DNA from: Guillardia theta CCMP2712
Lineage: Eukaryota > Protista > Cryptophyta
Assembly (NCBI RefSeq): GCF_000315625.1
Contig: NW_005434662.1
Coordinates: 340,307-404,306, forward strand
Direction: 5' to 3'
DNA: 64,000 bases
Shown here piece by piece: positions 53,891 through 64,000 of the stretch. The position numbers and the translations under genes are program-made. Every line of letters starts with the position of its first letter. Position 1 is the stretch's first letter. The notes beneath the pieces were generated by a model, which searched no databases, was not told the DNA's origin, and was given only the letters and a program-made list of their open reading frames with translations.

Positions 53891-55080
53891 AAGTTACGGT
53901 GACCGTGATATGAGTTGCTGCGTGTTTTTCCGAGTCAACTTTCAGTTCAAAAATGGATGCCGTTGGAGCCGCTGAGCCCCGCCGCTGGGAACGCCCGGCC
54001 CAGGGGTAGTACGGTGCCTCACAGTGGGGTCATGGGGACCGGGTGGTCGCAGGATGATGAACCAATCGAAAACTACCGGGGTACTAGGCTCTCTGAGTCC
54101 GGGAGCTCGGAGGCTTCGGGCCAAGGTGACATAAGAAGAGAGGCGGCTAGAGGTAAAGGTGGCCTATGGGTGCCCCTCGGCTTCTGACCCGGTAGTACAG
54201 GACACTTTGCCGACGGTGCCAAGGGTCCAAATTCGAATCACCACCGTTGGTTTCTGTGGACAGGAGGGTAGGGTAGTTAACCGTAACTTAACCCTGTGGG
54301 AGTCAGGGTAGGGTAATTGATCCGTGTATGGGGGTGGTCTGTGTTAATCGAGTTCAACCGGAACTTTTTGTACACTACAGCTCAAATTTGAAATATAGAG
54401 AGAGTTTAGATTTAGAATCGTGAAAATGTTTTCAAACAAAGTTTGAAAATTCAAGGAAGAGGCCCTACCATCGTCGGTCTTCTGTGATGACATGGCAGCG
54501 CTATAGGGTAGGGAGGAAAGGAGAGGACAGGAGGCGCTGACACCGCAACCATCAAGCAGAGGAAGATCTAGAGCAGACAGTGTGCAAAACAGTTGGCAGG
54601 CAAAAAGACAAGCAGCAGGTTGTGCAAGCATGGCAGGATGCAGTGATAGAGTGGACTTTGTGAGGACACAAGTGAAGGGGAATGGGCGGAGAATTGATGA
54701 GATTATGAAAGCCGCCGATCCGACTTGAACACGGTCACATGGAAACTTTTAGATGGACCGTCAGACTTCCAGGATGATTGTCAGCCAGCAACATTCAGGC
54801 CATCAACATTCAGGCCATACGCCTCTTTAGTAGCATCACGGGGCAGGTTACACCCAGCTGCAAAAGACGAGACTGTGATTTTAGTGTGGCATCTATGAAG
54901 TACATGTCTTATGTCAGAAAGACTTAGAAATAGAGGAGGCCTCATTTGGCAAGCTTGTTCTTTTGTACCTTGTTGGGATTGTAGCACCAATGACTTTATT
55001 TGAGGCAGGATCAAATGTTTTGTGAATAAGGGAGATCATTGGAGGAAGCAGGCTGTTTGAATCGTCGATTTGCAGAAGAA

Positions 55081-58014
55081 ATGGCACAGACTGGAGTAGG
55101 ACTCACCCTGGCACCGCATGCACAGAGCTCAGCCCTGCGAGTAACAGCTTTCGATCCGGAAGGACCTGCGGCAAGGGGAGGACTCATTCAATTGGGAGAC
55201 ATCTTGTATGAAGTTGACGACACAAGGTCAGCTATCATTGTCGGTACATGACGACACATGTGCTGACTGAAAGATCAGCATTGTAGGGCTAAACGGCGAA
55301 CAAGTCAAGACCCTGATCCTTGGAGCTCCAGGTTCAAAGACCCACTTGGTTTGCCTCCTTGTGCTCGAGTAACGCTTTCCCACAAGGATCTCCCGTCACC
55401 CTCGGCCTCAGAAGACAGAATGGGCGTCTCTTCTATGTCAGAATACAGAGAGCGCAACCCAAAGGCGGCGCCGCTCAGGCCAACAGGCAACCAGCTCGGT
55501 ATGAGCCTCTCGGCAAATGCCGCACGCCTGACTGTCACTCTCTTAGCCCGATGGAAAATCGCCAGCAGCGACCGATGCAGTCGCAAAACCCTTACGCACC
55601 AGCTCACGAACAGCATCAGTACTCGCCTCCTCAAGCTTCACGACAGAGTCACGCGCTCGCACATGAGTCGGCGGGCAAGTTTGACATGCAGAACGAGCGG
55701 TCGAATGGATCTTCGCCTCCTCAGGGAAACAAGCCGAGCAACCAGCAACAAATGCGACCCAACGCGAATAATCTCGAGCTCAGCGTCGAGCCGTCGACCG
55801 AGGGATTTGTTTCCGTACCTCCGAAATCGGAAGACATTGTTGGGATCGGAATAGGCCTCGCGCTGGACAATCACAACAATCTCTGTGAGACTATGCTTGT
55901 CAACTCGATGGTGCTGATGCTCTCTTAGGTATCAGTAGCCTCCTACCAGGAAGTCCAGCTCTCCGATCTGGGCTGTTAGAGGAGGGCGACATCCTACGGA
56001 TGGTCGATGCAAAAGATGTACAGTACCCCGCCTATCACGTTCCTTGCGACTGACGCGGAGAGCACAGGTCCGAGGGATGACGCCGGAGGCAGTCAGGCCG
56101 CTCATCCTTGGGAGGAGTGGGACCTTTGTGACGGTCTCTGTTCAGCGCGGCAACACTCAGATCGTGGCGAGGATGGCGAGGGCAAGACCGGCTCAGAACG
56201 CGTCGAGGTATATCCCCAAGGCTGGCTCGTCAGATGCCCCCAAGGCGGACAAGAACACCTACTCAGCGGTTTACTCACAGATGACGGCCGAAAGGCAGGA
56301 GACAGGAGGGACTGCAGATCGCAGGGAGCAACCAAGGGATCAGCCCAGAGAGCAGCCCTACGCACAAACCCGCAAGCAGCCAGCCCCAGAAGCGAACAAG
56401 GCTCCTCCCCCTGATCAGGAGCTCTGTGGGGTTGGTATCGTTCTCGCACAGAATTCGGAAGGAGAGCTTCTGGTTCTGAGCATGAATGAAGGAGGGCCTG
56501 CAGCCAGATCCAACTTGATCAAGAAGAACGACGTGTTGTACGTCATTGACAACGTGGACGTCTACAAGCGGAACATCGACCAAGTCCGACCGCTGATCCT
56601 GGGGATTCCAGGCAGCACGTTGGTGATGGGATTCCAACGCCCGGGCATGCGACGACCGATCAACGTTAGGCTGAGGAGAGGAAACATCAAGACTGACCTC
56701 AAGCAAATCCCGAACCCCTCCCCCAGACCCTCCCCGTCCGCCACCCCTGGAGGGGGAGCGACGCCGAAGCAGTCGCCAAGCCAGACGCCCAACGCGACGA
56801 GACCAAGTTCACCGAAACCTCAAAGACCACCGAAGGAGAACAACCTGGTGAGCGCTCCTCCCAAGTCAACCGCAGCTGCAGGCGAGGAAAACAAGTATGG
56901 CCCTGACGGTCCTGTCTGCGGCCTCGGGATCGTGCTGGTCCCAACTCCCTTCGGCTCCCTCTGTGTCGCCTCCATCACCGAGGGAGGCCCTGCAGCTCGC
57001 AGCGGACGTGAGTGTGTCAGAGAGGAGCTGTCATGACCTGACGTCTGCTCAGGTGTGCTGCGAGGAGACTTTGTTGAGACCATCGACGGGATCAGCGTAC
57101 AAGACAAGAGCATCAACGACGTCCGTCCTCTGATCCTCGGCCGGGCTGGCACGACCGTCACCCTCGGGCTGCGGCGTGAGAGCGAAGACTCGGTGATCTA
57201 TGTCAGAGTGATGAGGGAGCCGGTGCGACTGGGTGAAGTTCTCGTGCCGGGCATGAGGGTCAAGGATGCGCAGGTACAGCATTTGTGCTTTCAGCTGCTG
57301 GACTCCCTGACCTTGTCGTGAGCAGGAGCTGGAGAATCAGAAGTTCGACGAGCCCCCGAAGCACGCGTCTCCTCCTGGAGCTCGGGCTCACCATGAGCCA
57401 GCGCCCATGGAGCGCAAGCAAGCCCCTCCCCCTCCCCCGCCTCAGTCGGCCCACGGGAACTTCAAGCCTGCCAACCAGCAACGAGACGGCAGGTCGACCG
57501 TTGGGCAGAGCTACTCGCCTGCAACCCCGAACAAGAACGAGGCCCCGAAGATGTGCGGGGTGGGAGTCGTTCTCGTGCAGGTGAGCGGGGGAGCTGTCTG
57601 CGTGAAGAGCGTCAACAAGGGAGGCCCCGCCTACAACTCCGGCAAGATACAACGCGGAGACGTTCTGTTTGCTATCGATGGGCAGAAGGTGAGACAGCAG
57701 AGGAGGCGGGGAGAGCGGGGGAAGAGGAGAAGGGAAGAGTAGGAGGAGGAAGGAGACTGAGAAGAGGCAGGTGCTCGGATGGGATGTGGAGAGCGTGAAG
57801 CCGTTGATCCTGGGGCCGCAAGGCTCCACCATCGTCATGAGCTTCTATCGCGTCGGCAACCAAGTAGTGGGGAAGCGATCCTTCGACGTGGCCATGACGC
57901 GCACACCCGTGGACCCGTAAGTCGCAAGGAGAGGAAGGGTAACGTGCGTGACATTCCTGCAGGAACGCTTCTCTTCCTCATCGTCCTCCCTTTGAGGTCG
58001 CCACCTTCGGCTAG
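55081..58014 (+). CDS. Multi-PDZ scaffold protein (5 PDZ domains) with Pro/Gln-rich linkers
   Basis: Five repeats of G[VIL]G[LIV]xL...[GS]PAxxxG...GD[IVF]LxxVD...V[RK]xLILGxxG[ST]xVx[LM]. Confidence 0.9.
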
Positions 58015-58172
58015 AGGAGAGGGAGGAGTAGTGAGGATGGTCGAGGGCATAGGACGGATAGGGAGCAAGAGAGGCCTGATAGCAGAACTCACATCCTACA
58101 TGATTTAATCGCAGATAAATAGTCGGCTTATCAACACATCTAACGTCACTCGCTCCTTCCCCGATGGTCCTT

Positions 58173-61100
58173 TCACAGCTCTTCTCGCTTCTTGCCACCA
58201 AAGACTTCACCCTTGGAGGACTGGAAGGGGATGGCGACGTTGGCCTGTAGAGCAGCAAGGTGAGCAGGAGGAGGTGGAGGAGGGGCATCGAGTCACCATG
58301 ACGAACTGTGAGATGGCCCCGAGGCCTCTCTCGTTGTTGTACTTGGAGGAGTCGAAGCGGATAGGCTTGAGATGATGCTCTCCCGCACGGAAGAGGTACA
58401 CGTCAGGGTAGCCCGTGATCTTGACAAGGAGGGTGAGAACGGACGGTCGCCTCCCCACCCTCCTCTTACCTCCATCCCTCGTTTCTTGGCGTCCTCGATG
58501 TCGTTGGCAGGGAAGTCCATCTTGGCGATGACCAAGCTCTTCACTTGCTTGAAGAACTCGCCGACCTTGGCATACTCCGGCTCAAAAGCTTCGCAGTGTT
58601 TACACCAGCTGAAGTCCCCGTAGAAGTTGATGAGGACCTGACAGGACGAGTGAGGAGGAGGAGGAGGAGTAGGAGTAGGAGGAGGAGGAGGAGGAGGAGG
58701 AGGAGGAGGAGGAGGAGGAGGAGGAGGAGGAGGAGGAGGAGGNNNNNNNNNNNNNNNNNNNNNNNNNNNNNNNNNNNNNNNNNNNNNNNNNNNNNNNNNN
58801 NNNNNNNNNNNNNNNNNNNNNNNNNNNNNNNNNNNNNNNNNNNNNNNNNNNNNNNNNNNNNNNNNNNNNNNNNNNNNNNNNNNNNNNNNNNNNNNNNNNN
58901 NNNNNNNNNNNNNNNNNNNNNNNNNNNNNNNNNNNNNNNNNNNNNNNNNNNNNNNNNNNNNNNNNNNNNNNNNNNNNNNNNNNNNNNNNNNNNNNNNNNN
59001 NNNNNNNNNNNNNNNNNNNNNNNNNNNNNNNNNNNNNNNNNNNNNNNNNNNNNNNNNNNNNNNNNNNNNNNNNNNNNNNNNNNNTTAATTCGAAGTTTTT
59101 GGGAATATTAAGGGTGGGGTAGCAATTGCACGTTGACTGCTAGTTGGAATTCCAGTGTAGGAGGTAGGGATCACAACTTGTAGAGGGGGTGGGTACTTCT
59201 GAAAGAGAAAAAAGGGGGTAGCATGCAAGTTGGGGTGATAATGCAAATATCACACGGAGGCAGCCAGGGAGGAGGTGTAGCTTTGCTTGAGCAGGTCGTT
59301 TAAAACAATTTGTTATTGCAGGTCATGCGCTCGTTTGTTAGCGCCACCAAGCTGCCCTACGGCAGCAAACAAGTCAGAGATGGAGGGTGGAGGAGGAGGA
59401 GGAGGAGGAAGTGGTGGTGGTGAAGAAGGAGCAGGAGGAAGCTCGCTTATCTCACATCCTTGCCAGAACGGATGGTCTCCTCGAAAGTGTCCCCGACGAT
59501 CGTCACAACAGAACCCTCCTGCTTCACCGGCTGCAGTCGGGTGGTCAGGCACACAGAGGAAAGGGGAGGTGGATGGTACCACTGGCTCCGAGCGCAGGAA
59601 GCGCTTGAGTTTGCCTGAGTTATACCTGTAAAGGCGGTTAGGAGGAGGAACGAAGATGAAGACGGGAGGTGGAGGCAGCGAGAGATGGAGAGGAGGAGAG
59701 GAACGTGTGATGGTGGTGGAGGGGAGGGGTCAGGACAGCAAGTGGATGAGCGGGGGACATGGAAATGTGGGGAGGAGGGCAAGAGAAGTGGAGAGCAAGA
59801 GGAGCACAGCACTCACTTCTCGAGGAATTTGTTGAGTTCATCAGCGTCAATGTTCTTCGCCTTGTCCGTGTTCCACTGCTTGGTCTTCTTGTCCAGCTTG
59901 CCGTATTTGAACTGCCGCTGACCCACCTGAGCCCAAGAACAGCACATCAGTGCACCATAATAGGAGGATGAGGATGAGGATGAGGATGAGGAGAAGAGAG
60001 GAGGAGAGATATGAGGTGTGTGCGTGTGTGCCGGGGGGAGAACGGGGAAGAAGAAGCTGAGACGCCTGACCTCAGGATGGAGGTCAATGATCATGATCTG
60101 CGGCAGGAGCGCTCTATCCATCCTGAAGAACTGCAGCAGACCCTGCGCCTCTCCAGGGACGAGGACAAACTTCATCTCTCCCCGCTGTGCACCCATAAGA
60201 CCGCTGGCTTTCTCCTCCTCTCCTCCTCCTCTTACCTTGTCCAGCGCCACCTGATGGAGGACCTTGTCATACTGCGCCCACTGCTCTGTCCCCTTCTCTA
60301 CAAACGCCCACAAGAACTTCTGCAGCTTTCCCGTCGTGATCTGGTTGGTCAGAGCGTCCGAGTAATACCACACGACAGGAGCGCCATGCACATCCACGAA
60401 GCGCACGATCCCGTCTACGTCCTCCTCCTTCTCCTTCTCCAGCCTGTACACCGGACCCTGCTCATCACCATCAGCTCTCACCTCCCCCATATTCATCTCT
60501 TCATCCACAAACTCCAATACCATATCCTGCCAGCATCCCCCCCCCCCCCTCCCCCCCACAGCTCCCCCTCTGCGTCTCCCCTCCATAATGACCTTGGGGT
60601 CTTGAGTGTACTTGGTGATGACAAACACTCCCTCCTTAACCTTCTGATCCTCCTCGCTCAGCCATTTCTTCGCCAAACTTGCATCCTTCACCCAAACGTA
60701 CAAGGGGAGGAGACGCCCGAACTTGGCCTCCTTGAACGCCTCGAACTTCTTGCTGTTCTCTCCCTCGGGGAAGACTCCCAGCACTACCGATGAAACTTTC
60801 TGGTCCGAGAAATCCACGTTCGCCTCGAGAATCTTGTCCAGCTCCTCTGAGGATGTCACCTCACGGGGAGGGAGGCCGATTTCTCGCATGTAGGTAACGA
60901 CGCGTTCTGTGGTCCTCTCCTCGTTGTCCCATCGCTCCAGCGTGCCAAGAGGCTGGTTGGGGTCAGAGTCGTACATGCGCTTGAACACGCGGATGGTTGG
61001 GAAACCGCTGATGCCGAACTCGCCCGCGAACGGATGGTTCATCTCCTGATCCATGTTGACCTTGGCGAGAGGAATTCCTGCCATTTTTCGTCATTTTCAA

Positions 61101-61465
61101 TCCCCCCCCCGCCCCCCCTTTCCTTGATCCCCCCCTCCACACACACCCCTCCATCCTATTCCTCCCCCTCCCCGCCCCCCAAGCCTCCCTCGGCCTCCCC
61201 TACAACCCTCCTTCTCCTCACCGTCCTTCTTGAGCTGCTTTGCCGCTTGCGCGTACAGAGGCGCGAAACCTCTGCAATGACCGCACCAAGGCGTGTAGAA
61301 CTCTACCATGACAAGCTTCTGCGACTGAACGTAGGACGTGAAGTTGTTGCGGTCGAGGATAACGGTATCCACATCGCCCTCCCACGGGTCTGCAGGTGAC
61401 GAGCGGACATGGAACAAGCTTGAGGAAGCAAGGCAGAAGAGGAAGAGAAGAACAGTCCTGCCCAT
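58173..61465 (-). CDS. Protein disulfide isomerase (a-b-b'-a'), ER-resident
   Basis: Signal peptide. a-domain VEFYTPWCGHC and GISGFPTI. a'-domain FYGDFSWCKHC, AKMDFPANDI and ITGYP. C-terminal REEL*. Confidence 0.92.
58743..59084. other. Assembly gap inside a PDI intron
   Basis: N run following a (GAG)n tract. Confidence 1.
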
Positions 61466-61989
61466 GCCGGCTTCTTGAGTAACGATTGCCAGTCCTGAAG
61501 TCGCTAGGTCAGCATGACCTCATCCTTATCTCATCACATCTCGTTCAGTTCTAAAGGGAGGTCAACCCATTGCTTCCTCGAGCGACCCGCTGTGAGGGTT
61601 TCGGGGTGAAACGAGAAAATGGTGTTCACTCTAACTTCCTCATGTAAACCTCACTTCCCTCCATTGATGCTTTCGTCCTCTCCCTCTCCGTTATCACCAG
61701 ATTTACTCATGTTTCTCACAACCTTCCTGTACCTTCTTCATCTCTGAATACTTGCTCGCACTTCTGTCGATGGGATTTCACTTCCATACCATCCTTAGCT
61801 AGCATTGAGATGAATATACCTCGAGTAGCCCTGTTCCCTTTCTCCATGATCTCGTTGCTAGTCCAGACATGTTCTTCTCTCTCCCTCGCTCTGCTCTGCT
61901 CTGCTCTGCTCTGCTCTGCTCTGCTCTGCTCTACTCTGCCTTCGTGACGTCGAATTCCTTTTGGCATTCTACCGCCTCCATTGAATTCT

Positions 61990-62520
61990 TCTAGCTGTGG
62001 GGAAATCAGGGGGTAGGGGTATAAATATCACCGGTACCTTTGCTGCAGACCCATAATGTTACCGGTGAATAGAACTGGTAAAAATGGGGTGATCCACTGA
62101 TTGGGAGGGTACTGAGTTCAAAACATCCAGAATGAAAACACATTCATGTAGGGTTATCGATCCTGATCTACTCTCAAGGGGGGTAGGGGTGCATATTTCT
62201 GTATAAGTACCCGGTTGATTTAGACAATTTTCATTGAAATATGGGGGGTAAGGGAGACCACGTTAGTATACATGTGACGTGGAAATATGACCCCCCTACC
62301 CCCTATTTCAAACGCACACCCCTTCAATCTTTCAACACCGGTTCTTGGGAAAGTACCCGACCTCCATGATAAACACAACCCTATCTTTTCCTTCTAAAGT
62401 ACCCTACCTTTATACTTGAATTGTCGACTTCAAATGTAAAGATGGTAACTCTAAAGTACCCTACCCCAACTTGGAATGACCCCCACGCCCAATGGATAAG
62501 GAGCACCCCTCCCATATGAG
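61990..62520. repeat. Lower-GC intergenic patch rich in GGGGTAGGGG/ACCCTACCC motifs (dispersed repeat family)
   Basis: Recurring GGGGTAGGGGT and AAAGTACCCTACC. Similar motifs at ~29150-29250, 42230-42380, 54260-54340 and 59110-59240. Confidence 0.5.
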
Positions 62521-63067
62521 TGATACAAACAGCACGTGAACCGGGCGATCAACACCGAGCCTGATCTGGAACATCGTTGTAGCAACGAGGTAAGCCGATG
62601 GTATGTGTTGGAATGCCGTGAATTCTTCTTCTTCCAACTATTTCTTGTCTTCCTTCTTCCAGCAAACTATGCGAAACCGTGCTTTACAATCCTGATTTCA
62701 CATGATCCTTGTGTGATGCGAACTGTCCGCTGTTTCGAACACCCGGGGCTTGCAAATTCATGAAGATGATGAATCCTTTTTCGAATTCTGCTTCACTGAA
62801 ACCAGTGATGAACATTTTCTGGCATGGATTCTGATTCATGAGTACCGAGCTACCTGTTTGAAAGTTTGTACACTGCATGCTGTTTGATCACTTTCATTAT
62901 AGCTCTGAAAGCTTCCTGAATCTCATTTTTTTGCGCAGGGATCAGAGGTTAACGAAGCCAAGAGTGGCCTGACCTGTAATGAACAATTCAACACATTTAA
63001 TGAAAAATCCGAATAAAACACATTTTCAACATGACGATGCTTCAAACCACCCGTCGCCTTAACAATT

Positions 63068-64000
63068 TCAGCTTGTGAACCGCAAGTGGTTCTCTTCACG
63101 CCTTCTTCTTCTTCTCCTTGAGCTCTTTGGCTGCATTGACATCAACCCGTCAACACAGGTGTCCATCATGTACAGGAGTGAACCACCGGCAGTCAGGTAC
63201 TTTGAATAGTACTCGGGATGGCACTTGAGCCATGTCAGGCTGGCCGACGGAATGACATCCGTCATGGGCAGGACCTGAGGGGGTCAGTGAGACGAGAGAG
63301 GAGGCAGCCCATAGGAGCAATGCCACCTCCTCTAGCAGGCCAAACCACTTGGCATTTGGCTCCACCTTGTCGAACATTGCACCCATCAAGACAGCCTGAC
63401 AGGCCAGCTGCTGAGGTCTAATGCCAACCATCATGAGAAGTTCGAACCTGCACAGGCCCCCAGATGAGGTCAAAGCCCTCCCCGATGAAGGGTAGGAGGT
63501 ATGTGGCGTTGCCGATCACGAAGTCCATGAAGAGGCAGAGCCACAACTGCAAGATCCCACCGGTGAGATGAGGAGATCAAGCTTTCAAGCCCTCACCTGG
63601 AAGAGAGGGTGTTTCGGAATGAAGAGGGGGAGCAGCTCCCAGGGCTTCGGTCGAGTGCCGACATTGTAAACAAGTCGCTTCCCTACATCTTCTTCCAGGA
63701 TCTACAGCAAATCGGTCAGCCCTTCAAAAATTCAAGGAACCATTGCAACCGAGTCCACGAACGGCTGAAGGAGATTTTTCCGCCCTGTCGTGGACAATTT
63801 AGTGAAGATTAGTGTCCATCTCTACAACCCACCAGGTGGAGAGAGCAGAAGGATCAAGCCCAAGATCAAGGTGTTGAAAAGGACGAGAATCCCTGTGACG
63901 CTAAGGAGGAGGACGAACAAGAAGGTTCAAGAAATGAAGGTGCACGGTTGAACATACATTGCAATAGGAAGGAAAAGAGGCAAACCGATGGTAAACGCGA
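63068..64000 (-). CDS. Partial gene for a small conserved membrane protein of unknown function (5' part may lie outside the window)
   Basis: Spliced LWLCLFMDFVIGNATYLLPFIGEGFDLIWGPVQ/AVLMGAMFDKVEPNAKWFGLLEE/VLPMTDVIPSASLTW. Confidence 0.65.

Overview
Eukaryotic nuclear DNA from a gene-dense algal genome. Most introns are about 45-60 nt with a CTGAC/GTGAC branch point just before the AG, many contain microsatellites, and there are two N gaps. The style and gene content (RWP-RK genes, bipartite plastid/periplastid presequences) suggest a cryptophyte such as Guillardia theta; this is inference. Genes in order, spliced by eye: an intronless single-domain voltage-gated channel (PH-like + 6TM + EF-hand); ISS1/VAS1-like aminotransferase; ELP3; F-box/LRR protein; Cys-type GST with a five-Trp tail; an 809-bp inverted duplication of an RWP-RK gene; a giant Gly-rich/Sushi protein; METTL21-type methyltransferase; KCNQ-like K+ channel; FN3/Cys-rich/NHL secreted protein; Cys/His-repeat pseudogene; a large unknown protein with a ubiquitin-tail-like presequence motif; a polyQ protein; a CEP164-type WW protein; two CENP-B/pogo HTH genes bracketing an intronless, decayed, virus-like cassette (ankyrin, DUF4258-like, TGATG-coupled ORFs); a 5xPDZ protein; a PDI; and a partial membrane-protein gene. 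Exon boundaries and start codons are manual and approximate. No rRNA, tRNA or CRISPR array was seen.
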